Source: an uncultured Chloroflexia bacterium
GTDB taxonomy: Bacteria; Chloroflexota; Anaerolineae; CG2-30-64-16
Length of the DNA: 64,000 bases
Direction of reading: 5' to 3'
Assembly: GCA_963774265.1 (NCBI GenBank)
Contig: CAVZDU010000005.1
Location: 224,001 to 288,000 of the forward strand
Of the stretch, positions 8,856-19,884 are shown piece by piece (the stretch's first letter is position 1; each line of letters begins with the position of its first letter). A program made the position numbers and the translations under genes. The notes beneath the pieces are model-generated. The model did not search any database, was not told the DNA's origin, and saw nothing but the letters and a program-made list of their open reading frames with translations.

Positions 8856-10475
8856 ATGGAATTACGCGAATACGTTGGTCTAATACGTAAATGGCTCTGG
8901 CTGATCCTACTGTGCACGCTGCTTGCCGGCGTCATCGCCTATCTTGTCAGCAAGAACATGACGCCGATCTATGAGGCGTCCTCCATCCTGCGCGTAAACC
9001 AGGCCTCCAACCCCGCCACCACCGTCGCCTACGCGGATATTCTGACAAGCGAGCGGTTGGCGCGCACCTACGCCACCCTCTTGACCAGTCGCCCCGTGCT
9101 CGAAGAGACCGCGCTCCGGCTGGGCATCGAGGCTGAGGGGCTCGCGGATGCCGTAAGCGTGACGGCCGTGCGTGACACATTGCTCCTGGAGATTAAGGTC
9201 GAGGGACCTGATCCGCGGTTGATCGCGGACATCGCCAACGTACTGCCTGAGGTCTTTATCGATCGTGACCGAGAGCAACAGCTCGGCCAGGTCATCCAGT
9301 GGCGCGAGGGCTTGGAAACCGAGATCGAAGCGACCCTCGCAGACATTGCACGCACGCAGGAAGACTTGAAGGCTGCCGACGACACCCAAAAGACGCGATT
9401 GGAGGGCAGCCTCGCACAATATCGCACCACCTACTCCAGCCTGCTGGCGAGTGCGCAGCAGGCTAAGATCGCTGAGGCGCAGGCGACGAATAACCTCGTG
9501 GTTTCGGAGCCGGCGATCGTGCCCGAGGATCCTGTTCGCCCTCGCACGTTGACGAACACTCTCCTCGCGGCCGTGATCGGCGCTATGCTGGCCATCGGCG
9601 CGGCATTCCTGATCGAGTACCTGGACGACACAGTCAAAACGCCCGACGACATCGAGCGGGTCAGCGGTCTGTCGACGCTCGGTGCGATCGCGCGGCTGAA
9701 AGACGCCGGCGGCACACGGCAGCTCATCGCCTGGCTGCGCACCAAGGCGCCCGAGTCAGAGGCATACCGCACGCTCCGCACGAATATCCAATTTTCTAGC
9801 GTTGATAAGCCGATCCGCACGCTGCTGGTCACCAGCTCCAGCCCGGGTGAGGGCAAGAGCATGACCACGGCGAACCTCGCAGTCGTCCTCGCACAAACCA
9901 GTCAGAAGGTCATCGTGGTTGACACGGATCTACGCCGCCCCGTGCTGCACAAGGTGTTCGGCGTGCCTAACAACACCGGGCTGACAACTGCACTGCTTGC
10001 AGGCGAGGCCTGGACAGCGGGGGAGCACCTGCAACCCACCGAGATCGAGAATCTGATGCTCCTGCCCAGTGGCCCGATCCCCCCCAACCCATCGGAGCTG
10101 CTCGGCTCACATCGGATGGGACACCTGATCCAGGCGCTGGCCAATGAGGCAGACATTGTCATCTTTGACAGCCCGCCTGTGCTTGCGGTCACGGACGCGA
10201 CCGTCATGGCGCGCCAGGTGGATGGCGTGCTGGTTGTCGCCGATGCGGGCCGCACCAAGGAAGGGGCATTGGCCAGCGCGGCCAACGAGCTTCAGAAGAC
10301 AGGCGCCAACGTTCTCGGGGTCGCGCTGAACCGGCTGGACGCGCGGCGCGGATATAACTACTACTACTATTACTACTATTCCGAGGATGAAACCGGGGAG
10401 CGGCGCAGGTCGTCCCCCAAGGGATCGAATGGGTCGCGTTTCCGGCTGCCGTGGCAGAACAAGCCGGCGGCCTAG
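8856..10475 (+). CDS. Polysaccharide biosynthesis tyrosine autokinase (Wzz-type modulator fused to BY-kinase)
   Basis: Two TM helices around a coiled coil; EAYRTLRTNI, SSSPGEGKS, VDTDLRRP, IFDSPP, C-terminal Tyr cluster YNYYYYYYY. Confidence 0.93.
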   Translation: MELREYVGLIRKWLWLILLCTLLAGVIAYLVSKNMTPIYEASSILRVNQASNPATTVAYADILTSERLARTYATLLTSRPVLEETALRLGIEAEGLADAVSVTAVRDTLLLEIKVEGPDPRLIADIANVLPEVFIDRDREQQLGQVIQWREGLETEIEATLADIARTQEDLKAADDTQKTRLEGSLAQYRTTYSSLLASAQQAKIAEAQATNNLVVSEPAIVPEDPVRPRTLTNTLLAAVIGAMLAIGAAFLIEYLDDTVKTPDDIERVSGLSTLGAIARLKDAGGTRQLIAWLRTKAPESEAYRTLRTNIQFSSVDKPIRTLLVTSSSPGEGKSMTTANLAVVLAQTSQKVIVVDTDLRRPVLHKVFGVPNNTGLTTALLAGEAWTAGEHLQPTEIENLMLLPSGPIPPNPSELLGSHRMGHLIQALANEADIVIFDSPPVLAVTDATVMARQVDGVLVVADAGRTKEGALASAANELQKTGANVLGVALNRLDARRGYNYYYYYYYSEDETGERRRSSPKGSNGSRFRLPWQNKPAA

Positions 10476-10580
10476 CCGCGCAACGTGGTGCTGCGCTGGC
10501 GGCAGCCACCCGGGTCTTCTGAAGATTGCGTCGATTGCGCGTCGATTCGCTTTCTGGCGAATTCTCACGCACAAGTAGTA

Positions 10581-10604
10581 GGGGGTGGTTAGCCGCCCCT
10601 TTTT
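10581..10604 (+). terminator. Intrinsic terminator
   Basis: GGGGTGG...CCGCCCC hairpin followed by TTTTT between convergent genes. Confidence 0.7.
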
Positions 10605-10610
10605 ATATGT

Positions 10611-13600
10611 CTACGCCGCGGTCGATTCCTTGGCCCGCTGCTTGGCTGCCGCGTCCGCGGCATGACGGGCAGCCCGCGCCTGGCGGGAACGCTCGAACCG
10701 CGCGAGCGCGCCCTCAACCAGGCTGTACGCCGTGGGCACCAGCAGCAGGGTCAGGATGGTCGAGGTGATCAGGCCGCCGATGACGGTGATGGCCATCGGC
10801 TGGCGGAAGTCGCTGCCGGAGCCCAGGCCGATCGCCACCGGCAGCATGCCCAGGATCAGCGCCAGCGTGGTCATCAGGATGGGGCGCAGCCGGATCGGGC
10901 CGGCAGTCGTGAGCGCCTGCGTGGATGTCCATGCCCCGCTGCCGCCGCATCTTGTTGGTCAGATCCACCAGCAGGATCGAGTTCTTGGTCACCAGGCCCA
11001 TCAGCAGGATCAGGCCGATCATGGCCGTCATGTCCAGCGGCATCTTGAAGACCAGCAGCGCCAGCAGGCCGCCGATGGCAGCCAGCGGCAGCGCCAGCAT
11101 GATGACCAGCGGCTGGATGAAGGAGCCGAACTGCGAGGCCAGCACCATGTAGACGAAGACGACCGCCAGCAGCATCGCGATGCCCAGCGCGCCGAAGGCC
11201 TCGTTCTGCAACTTCTGCTCGCCGGAGAACGCCCACGTGACGCCGGCCGGCATGGGCGTCTCCTCCAGGACCTGGGTCACGTCGGCCACCACGTCGGCTT
11301 GCACCCGGCCGAAGGTGTCGGCGCCGATGATCACCGCGGCTTGCCGGTCGACGCGGTTGATCTGCGTCGGGCCGCTGGCCTCTTCCATGTGCGCGATCTG
11401 GCGCAACGGCACGAAGCCGCGCGGCGTCGGCACCTGCAGGTCCAGGATCTGGTCGAGCTTCTGGCGGTCCGCTTCCTGGAGCTGCACCCGGATGTCGGCC
11501 TCGGCGCCTTCGCCGCGGAAGGTGGCCACCTCGTCGCCTTCCACCAACGTGCGGATGGTGCTGCCCACCGTGGCGATGTTGATGCCCAGGTCCGCGGCCT
11601 TGCGCCGGTCCACTACCAGCAGCACCTCAGGCTTGCCCGGTTGGTACGAGACGTCCATGTCCACCAGGCCCGGCACCTGCTTCAGTTGCTCGGCCAGCTC
11701 CAGGCTGAACTGGTTCAGCGTCGTCCGCGTCGCCGATGGTCTGCAGCGTGATCTGGATCGGCTTGCCCATGACGGAGGAGCCGCCGCGCGGCCATCGCGG
11801 TGAAGCTGCCGCCGCTGATCGACAGGCCGGGCACATCCGCCAACTCGCCGCGGGCCGTCGCCAGAAACTCCTCGATCGGATGGCCCTCCTTGAGATTAAT
11901 GTGAAATCTGGCCGTCTCAGGCGTGCCGCGGCCGCCGACGGTGGTCAGGACGGACTTGACTCGGCTCCAGCGCCAGCAGGCGGGTCTCCAGACCTCGCGG
12001 GCCTTCTGATCGGTCTGCGTCAGCGACCGTGCCCGGCGGCAGCGTGCAGCGCCACGTTGACGGCTGCCCTGATCGATCGATGGCACGAAGATCTGCTTCA
12101 GGAACGTCGCACCGTACACGGCTGGCCGCCAGGAGCGCGATGCCGAGCGCCAGCGTGACCAGCCGGTGGCGCAACGTCCAATCCAGCGAGCGCACGTATA
12201 GGCGTTCGAGCCAGCCCAGGCTGGCATGCTGCGATACCCGGATCCTCGGCATCCGCGACCGCGATCTTTGGCTTTCTGCTGCTTGAACAGGTAAGCCGAA
12301 AGCATCGGCGCGAAGGTCAGCGCCTCGACCAGCGAGATCAGCACCGCGATGCTGACCACCAGGCCGAAGGAGTTCAGGAACTTGCCGATCAGGCCGCCGA
12401 CGAAGGCGATGGGCAGGAAGACCGAGACGATGGTCAGCGACATGGCGACGCACCGGCATGGCCACCTCGGCGGTGCCCTCGCTGGATGCCTCCTTGGGCG
12501 TCTTGCCCATCTCCATGTGGCGGAAGATGTTCTCGCGCACCACGATGGCATCGTCGATGATCAGGCCGACCGAGAGCGACAGGGCCATCAGGGAGACGAT
12601 GTTGAGCGTCATGCCGCAGCGCCGACATGACGGCAAAGGTGCCCAGCAGGATGATGGGCAGGCCGGCCACCGTCACCAGGGTGTTGCGAAGATTGCGGAA
12701 GAAGACGAAAACGACCAGCGACGCCATCAGCGCGCCGATCAGCAGCTCGCGCATGGCGTCGTTGAAGCTCTGCCTGGACGAAGATCGATTGATCCTGGAC
12801 CGTCGACCAGGTTGAGATCCGGCCGTTCCGTGCCGAGTTCGGCCAGCGCCTTCTTCACCCGCTCGGCCACCTGCACGGTGTTCGTGCCCGACTGCTTGCG
12901 GACGGCGACGACCACGGCCTCCTGCCCGTCCAGCCGGCTGTAGGTGTCTTGCTCCTTCCAGCCGTCCTGCACCGTGGCGATATCGCCCACGCGCACCGCG
13001 CCGAGCGCCGTGGCGATCTGCAGGTTGGCCACGTCTTCGACCGTGTTGAAGTTGCCGGGCGTGCGCAGCAGGAGGTTCTGCCCGGCCTGCTGGACGCTGC
13101 CGCCCGGGATGCTGTAGCTCTCGGCGACGATGGTCTGCGATCACCTGCTGGGGCGCCACGCGGCGGGCCTTGAGCGCATTGGCGTCCAGCAAGACCTGGA
13201 TCTCCCGCTCGCGGCCGCCGGTCACGACCGCATCGGCGACGCCGTCGATGCGCTGCAGCCGGGGCAGCACATCCTCTGTGACCGTCAAGCGAACATCTGT
13301 CGCATGTTCCGCTCCGCCGGACTGGCCCGCAGGCCGTCCTGTGGATTGCCACCGAGATGCGCAGGATGGGCAGCGAGGACGGGTCGTAGGCCGTGACGGT
13401 GGGTTCGAGGACGTCGTCCGGCAGGTCGCTGCGCACGTTGGCGATCTTCTCGCGCACCTCCTGAAGCGCCACGCTTCGACGTCCTTGTCCAGGCTGAAGC
13501 TCACGATCACCATCGAGTAGCCTTCGCTGGAACGCGACTGCACCTCTTCCACGCCCGGCGCGGTGACCATCGCCTCTTCGATGGGCTTGGTCACCTGGGT

Positions 13601-13781
13601 CTCGACCTCGCCGGGGCCGGCGCCCGGATAGACGGTGATGACCGCCATGGTCGGGTAGGAGACATCGGGGAAGAAGTCCAGCGGCATGCCGGTGTACGCG
13701 ATCACGCCCAGCGACGACCAGCGCCAGCATGATCATGGTGATGAAGACCGGATTCCGGATCGAGATGTCCCAGAGTCGCAT
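10611..13781 (-). CDS. AcrB/AcrD/AcrF-family RND efflux permease (many frameshifts; possibly pseudogene)
   Basis: Fragments across frames: [87 protein letters not shown]. Confidence 0.88.
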
Positions 13782-14959
13782 GTCTATTGCTCCATCAGCT
13801 CGACGGTGGCGAACATGCCGGGCTTGAGGTCCGCGGCGCCGTCACCGGTGGGCCGCACCGTCACCTGCACGGTGCGCGTGGCATGGTCGAACGTCGGCGC
13901 GATCTCCGAGACCTTGCCCTCGAAGGTGCGGTCGGCGTATGCATCCACGCGGATGACGACCGGCTGGCCCACGGACACATTCTGGTAGCGGGATTCTTCC
14001 ACCGGGATCACGATTTTCACTTCGTTGGCGAAGATGACCGCCAGGGCCGTGCCTGGCCCGGCCATCCCGCCCTCCACGGCATCCAGCTTATAGATGAAAC
14101 CGTCCGCGGGCGCCTCGACGTTGGTCTTGTCAAGCTGCAACTGCGCCAGGTAGACGGCGGCTTCGGCCTGCTTGACCCCGGCCTCCGCGGCCTTGATCTG
14201 GGCCGGCTCGGCGCCGCGCTGCAGCCGCGCCAGTTGGGCCTGGGCGCCGGTGAGCTGCAGCGTAGGCACCGGCGATCTGATCCGCGGTCGCGCCCTTCAG
14301 CACCTTGTCGTACTGCGCCTGCGCGGCCTCTTTAGCCAGGGTGGCCTGCTGCAACTTGCAGGCTCTCCAGCATCATCCCGGCAAACGGATTGCCGGCGAT
14401 GCGGTCGTACTGCGCCTGGTAGACCGATACCGCGGCCTCGGCCTGCCGGAGCTGGGCCAGCGCCATGCGCTTCTCTTCCTCGGTTGCGCCCTGCAGCGCG
14501 CGGTTGTAGGCCGCGCGCGGCCGCGCTTACCGCGGCCTGCGTCGCATCCAGATCGGTCTTCTGGGGCTGGGTCTTGGCCAGCTCGACCTGCGACTGAGCC
14601 AGCTCCAGCGCGGCCTGGGCCTGGGCGCGCTGCGCTTCCGCGACCGTGCTGTCGATGCGCACCAGGAGATCGCCCTTCTTGACGCTGTCGCCGACCGCGA
14701 TCTTGACCTCTTCGATCTGGCCGGCCACCTGGGCCACGACGGGCACGATGGCCTCGGCCATGATCTCGCCGTTGTAGGTCAGGCTCGCGGTGTCCAGCCG
14801 CTGCGTCTTCTCGCTGCCGCTCGAGGCCGTGCTGCTCGTCAGGGTGTCGGATGGCGTGCTGACGATGACCGGAGAGGGCGCCGGGACCGGCGTCGCGATC
14901 GCGGGCGCGGCCGGCTGGGCGTTTGGGCTGCTAACCCGATCAGCAGCTGAACAGCCCCC

Positions 14960-16083
14960 TAAGTAGGTAACAGAAAATTCGGGGCACTTCTTCGTTGCCT
15001 GATATACTGGGGTTACGGAGGGTGCCATGATCTATGTACGAACACCAACGGATGCTGAACTGCAAGAGCTCAAGCGAATGACCCGCCATGAGATCGGGCG
15101 GGTTAGCCAACGAGCGCAGATGGTTCTGCTCTCAGCGCAGCAGCGCACGGTGCCTGAGATCGCCGTCATCTTTGGCGTCAAGTACAAGACCGTGCGCAAA
15201 TGGCTCCGCCGCTTCAATGCGGCCGGGCCGGCCGGACTGTATGATGAGCCGCGCAGTGGGCGGCCGCGGACGCTGACCGACCGTGTCCGTGACACTTTGG
15301 TCGACATGAGCGAGCAGGATCCCGAGCAGTCGGACTATCCCGCGACCTTGTGGACGGTTGCGATGCTGGCCTTAGCCTTGGCCGAGAAGATCGGCGTGTA
15401 TCTGAGCCATAGCACCCTGCGTCAGACGCTGCATGCGGCCGGCCTGGCCTGGAGCCGCCCACGACTCGCCATGCCCCGCAAGACTGATCCGCAGAAGGCG
15501 GCCAAGCAGTGGGCAATAGTGCAGGCCGTGATTGGGGCTGGCCCAGCTGCAGTCGTGCTGTACGCCGACGAATCGCGCATCCAGATGCTACCGTTGATTC
15601 GAGCAATGTGGCATCGGCTGGGCCAGCAGATCCGTGTCCCGACGCCCGGCAGCAATCAGACGCGCAGCCTATTTGGAGCGCTCAACATTCGCACGGGCCA
15701 GTGGACGTGGTTGATCCGCGAGCATATGCACAAAGAAGACTTCATCACTTTCCTGGAACACCTGTTGACGGTGTATGCCAGCGGTCCGATCATTCTGATC
15801 GTCGATAACTACTCCAGCCATACGGCTAAGGCCATCGATGCCTGGCTGACTGAGCACCCGCGACTCCAGTTGCACTACCTGCCGAAGTACTGCTCGCATC
15901 TGAATCCGGTTGAGAACATCTGGCTGCGTCTCAAAGGCCAGACCGCCGCTGACCGCTTGTACGGTTCGCTGCATGGTCTGCTGGACGCCGTCACACGCTT
16001 CTTCGACCATATGACGCCAGCGATGGCGTTGACCTGGGCCAGTCTCGACTGAAAAGTGACCCGTACTTTTTGTGACATACTTA
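14960..16083 (+). mobile_element. IS630-family insertion sequence with TA duplication at a CTAG site
   Basis: Left end TAAGTAGGTAACAGAAAATTCGGGGCACTT versus reverse complement of right end TAAGTATGTCACAAAAAGTACGGGTCACTT (24/30 match); flanks CC-TA...TA-GAG. Confidence 0.93.
15027..16052 (+). CDS. IS630-family DDE transposase
   Basis: HTH (TVRKWLRRF...GLYDEPRSGRPR) and DDE motifs YADES, IVDNYSSH, LPKYCSHLNPVENIW. Confidence 0.95.
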   Translation: MIYVRTPTDAELQELKRMTRHEIGRVSQRAQMVLLSAQQRTVPEIAVIFGVKYKTVRKWLRRFNAAGPAGLYDEPRSGRPRTLTDRVRDTLVDMSEQDPEQSDYPATLWTVAMLALALAEKIGVYLSHSTLRQTLHAAGLAWSRPRLAMPRKTDPQKAAKQWAIVQAVIGAGPAAVVLYADESRIQMLPLIRAMWHRLGQQIRVPTPGSNQTRSLFGALNIRTGQWTWLIREHMHKEDFITFLEHLLTVYASGPIILIVDNYSSHTAKAIDAWLTEHPRLQLHYLPKYCSHLNPVENIWLRLKGQTAADRLYGSLHGLLDAVTRFFDHMTPAMALTWASLD

Positions 16084-16184
16084 GAGCTACGGCCATTGCT
16101 GAGACGGTTAGCATCAGGGCCACGCCGCGCCAGCGAGGGCTCACTGGATTGACTCCGCTTGTGTGCATGCTGAACTCTTCCTCT

Positions 16185-17613
16185 CTACTGGCCCCAGCTC
16201 ACAACCTGTTCGGCCTGATAGTTGTATTCGATAGGGACGTCGACCGGCAGCAGACGTTGATTGCCACCGTCGGCATTCATCACCCAGAGCCGCCATTGGC
16301 CGCTCCGATTGCTCAGGAACACGATGCTCCGGCCATCCGGGCTCCAGGCCGGGCTGACGTTGTGCGGCAATGGCGAGGCGAGAGGGTCCGGATGGGTGAG
16401 TGCGGCCAGGCCCGAGCCATCGACGTTCACGGCAAAGATCTCCCAATGATCCTTCTCCTGGGAATGGAAGACCACGCGATCGCCGTCGACCTGCCCTGCG
16501 GGGTCCTGATACCGGAATTCGCCCGCGACCGCACGCATCTGACGGTCAAGCGAGGCAGTCTCGTTGACGCCGGTGGCGTCCTGGGTGATCTGGATGCCCG
16601 CCCCACCGTAGAAGTCAGCCGTACTCCCGTACAAGATACCTTGATCGGTCCAGCTGGGTGAAATGGCGTTGGGCTGCGTCGCCAGATCCTGGTAGCTACC
16701 GCCGTTAAGATCCACGCGAGCCAGACCCCGGCTGTCCGTCGTCACAAGCGGCAACCCATAGGGTGATGGGAGGTTGTACGGGAATTTGTCGGGAAAGCAG
16801 ATGATGTAACCGGCGTAGCGACAACGGTTTTCTCCGGTCACATGGCTGAACACGATTTTCTGGCCGTCGGGGCTCCAGGCCGGCGAGCGCAAAAGCTCTC
16901 CACGAGCCAGGATGCGTCGCTCGCCCCCGCCGTCGATGCCGATGAGATAAAGCCCTTGCTCGCCGGTATCGCGCCAGAAGACCACCGTACGGCCGTCAGG
17001 GCTGATGGCCGGGTCCGCGCCGGTTGTCAGTTGGCGCAGCGCGCTGCTGGCTAGGTCATAGACGTAGATCTTGCCGCCGCTCCGCTCCTGGAAAACCAGC
17101 TTGCCGGACAGGCCTGTTGCCGGAGCCTTGCTTTGCGCCGGTTTGCGGCTGCTGGTTGAGGTGCTGGCTGCAGGCGTGGCAGCAGGCTGCGCAGTCGGGC
17201 TCGCCGCACTTGTTACACTCGCGGCCGCGGGCTCTGTGAAGCCCTCGCGCACGGGCACATTGCTCACGCCGAAGATCACGACGCCGGCCGAGCTGACCCA
17301 GCCGGTCGCGCCGGTTTTGTTCGAGCCATAGAACCAGCGATTGTCGGACGTTCGGCCGCTGATCTTGAGAGTCGTGCCGCCCGGCATGTCGACGATGAGC
17401 ACCCCTGAACCGTCGTACAGGCCTGCGCCGCCGGCGCGCACCATCGCCAATGTCGTGCCGGTGTCTGGGTGGAGCGAACCTGCCGAGACGCCGCCGGCTG
17501 GAATCATAAAGAGGGAGAGAATCAGCAGGCCACCGAGCACGATGGGCGTCAACCGAAGACTTCGCTTGCCGGAGGCGCCGGTGCCCAGCCACTCGAGCGC
17601 GAGGGTGGGTCAT
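16185..17613 (-). CDS. Exported SH3-like + TolB/PD40 beta-propeller protein
   Basis: Signal peptide, SH3b-like GRTSDNRWFY...TGWVS, Ala/Thr linker, PD40 repeats PAISPDG, SPAWSPDG (x2). RBS-preceded ATG at 17613 needs one frameshift to join ORF 16185..17552. Confidence 0.8.
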
Positions 17614-17854
17614 CTTTGTCCTTTCAGAATGAGGGTCCCACGCTGATTATAGTGCTCGCCAGCTTGCAGCGCATGTGTCGCGGGGAATGTCCCTCCCATG
17701 CCGGTAGACCTATTCGCGCAGCCAAAGGGCACATGACTCCAGGTGGGCTGCAGACTCTATCCTGCGGCATATTGTCGCGCCATTTCTGGGCGTGCTATAC
17801 TCGTCAAGACAAGTGTAGTTTGCGCCATGCCGATTTCAAGCTGAGGGAGCGTTC

Positions 17855-19136
17855 ATGTTCGCGCGGGCCAGACGGTGGCTTAATCCCTATCCCGATACGC
17901 CGGGGGCATTGCGCCTGAGCTTTGTCGCGGCGTATATCGGCGTGGTGGGCGCGCTGGTCGCGTACTCCAACTTCGTCAGCCCGTGCTACGAACCACTGCC
18001 ATCGGCGCGGCAATGGGTGACGATTGGCCTCCTGGTCATGATGCTGGTCGTCGAACGTTTCGAGCTGGCGCGGGACTCGCGGCCGCCATCGCGCGGTCTG
18101 GCCGTCGGACTGCTGATCCTCCGTATTGTGTTCGTACAAGGCGTCGTGATGCTCGACTGCACCGGGCTGGCGGTCTTGCTCTATGCCGTCGTGCCCTTCG
18201 CCGTCTTTTTCGTCCTGGGTCCTGGCATCAGCCACATCATCGAATTTGCCTACTGGTGCCTGGTGGCCATCCGGGCCTGGCAAGCGGGCGGCGCCGGCAT
18301 CAGATTGAGCCTGGATTCTCTCACGATCGTGGTGATCTTCACGCTGCTGCTGATTTTCGTGCACGTCATCGCGGGCCATATCGACCGGGATCAGCGGAGC
18401 AAGCAGCAGATGCGACAGTTGCTGGCTCAATTGGAAGCGTCCCACCGCCAGCTGCAGGCCTACGCGGGCCGGGTGGCCGAGCTGGCAGCCGCCGCGGAGC
18501 GCAACCGGTTGGCGCGGGACATCCACGACAGCCTGGGGCACTACCTGACGGCGATCAGCATCCAGCTGGAGAAGGCCCAGGCCTACCGGGAGCGCAACCC
18601 GGAGGAAGCGGATCGGGCCATCCGCGACGCCAAGCAGACCGCGCGCGAGGCGTTGCAGGACGTGCGCCAGTCGGTCAGCACGCTGCGCGACGCGGAAGAC
18701 CGGTTTTCTTTCCGGCAGTCGCTGGCCGAGCTGGTGGGACGGATGGACAGCGGTTCTCTTGAGATCGCCTGCAACGTCGAAGGGGATGAGGCGGACTATG
18801 CGGGTCCCGTGCTGGCCGCGCTCTACCGTGCGGCCCAGGAAGGCCTCACTAATGTCCAGAAGCACGCCCAAGCCCGGCACGTACAGCTGGATGTGCAGTT
18901 TGGTGAGGCGGACGCGTGCCTTAGGCTCCGCGATGACGGCGTGGGCTTCGACACGGGCGCACTGGCAGTAGGGCTGGGTCGCTCCGCGAGGCTCGTTCGC
19001 GGCTACGGCCTTCAAGGGCTCCAGGAGCGGCTGGAGCTGGTAAGGGGACAGATGCGTATCACCAGCGACTGCCCGAAGCGGCACGGAACTCACGATCATC
19101 ATTCCCAAATACGGGGCGCAGGTGGCGGCAATATGA
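17855..19136 (+). CDS. Membrane sensor histidine kinase, HisKA_3 (NarX/DesK-like)
   Basis: Several TM helices, ERNRLARDIHDSLGHYLT, QEGLTNVQKHA, DDGVGF, GYGLQG. After an indel near 19075 the frame GTELTIIIPKYGAQVAAI ends at TGA 19134-19136. Confidence 0.88.
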
Positions 19137-19828
19137 GCGGACCTAACCTGACGAGCAGTCCGGACGCAACCAATGTGGTGACGGTCCTGGTTGTCGACGA
19201 TCAACGCCTGGTGCGGGAGGGCATTGCCTCACTGCTGGACATTCAGGCAGGCATCAGCGTGGTGGGCGAAGCCGTCAACGGCCAGGAAGCCATCGAAAAG
19301 GCGCTGGCATTGCGCCCCGACGTCATCCTGATGGACGTGCGGATGCCTGTGGTGGATGGCATCGTGGCCACCGGGCAGATCCACCGGCAGTTGCCCGAAT
19401 GCCAGGTGATCATGCTGACCACCTTCGACGACGAGGAATACATCGTCAAGTCACTGCGTGCGGGGGCGGTCGGCTACCTGCTGAAGGACATCCCGGCCTC
19501 CCAATTGGCGCGCGCGGTGCAACTGGCCCACAGCGGCATCTATCAGCTTGAGCCATCGGTCGCCGGCAAGTTGGTGGGTATGCTGAGCGACGCTCGCCCA
19601 GAGCGGACGCCCGCAGCGCCAGGCTTGCCGTTCGAAACCGATCTCACCGAGCGCGAATTGGAGGTGCTGCGTCTCATCGGCACCGGCGCCACCAACCGGG
19701 AGATCGCGGACAGGTTGGTGGTCAGCGAGGGCACGGTCAAGAATCACGTCTCCAGCATCCTCAGCCGGCTGGGTTTGCGCGACCGGACCCAGGCCGCGCT
19801 CTACGCGCACGAGCATGGGTTGATCTAA
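19133..19828 (+). CDS. NarL/LuxR-family response regulator
   Basis: VLVVDDQ, ILMDVRMP, LTTFDD, YLLKD, LTERELEVL...TVKNHVSSILSRLG; ATGA overlap with the kinase stop. Confidence 0.92.
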   Translation: MSGPNLTSSPDATNVVTVLVVDDQRLVREGIASLLDIQAGISVVGEAVNGQEAIEKALALRPDVILMDVRMPVVDGIVATGQIHRQLPECQVIMLTTFDDEEYIVKSLRAGAVGYLLKDIPASQLARAVQLAHSGIYQLEPSVAGKLVGMLSDARPERTPAAPGLPFETDLTERELEVLRLIGTGATNREIADRLVVSEGTVKNHVSSILSRLGLRDRTQAALYAHEHGLI

Positions 19829-19834
19829 CGAAAA

Positions 19835-19861
19835 TGGGCGCCGCCATATCGGCAGCGCCCA
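19835..19861 (-). terminator. Intrinsic terminator between convergent genes
   Basis: TGGGCGCCGCC-ATATC-GGCAGCGCCCA with an AAAA 5' flank (T-run on minus strand). Confidence 0.7.
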
Positions 19862-19884
19862 GCGGTGATTACCCCCCTAATGCG

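Larger units (their letters stand above)
13784..16168 (-). pseudogene. RND periplasmic adaptor (HlyD/MFP) lipoprotein interrupted by IS630
   Basis: Removing the IS joins MHTSGVNPVSPRWRGVALMLTVSAMAVAL to GGCSAADRV...; lipoyl motif VAGQIEEVKIAVGDSVKKGDLLVRID, long helical hairpin, C-terminal LKPGMFATV. Confidence 0.88.

Noticed and set aside
17855-19828. 657-aa kinase-response regulator fusion in the ORF track
   Set aside because: A one-base shift near 19075 restores the usual kinase end (GTELTIIIP...stop 19136) overlapping the regulator ATG as ATGA; likely indel artefact.
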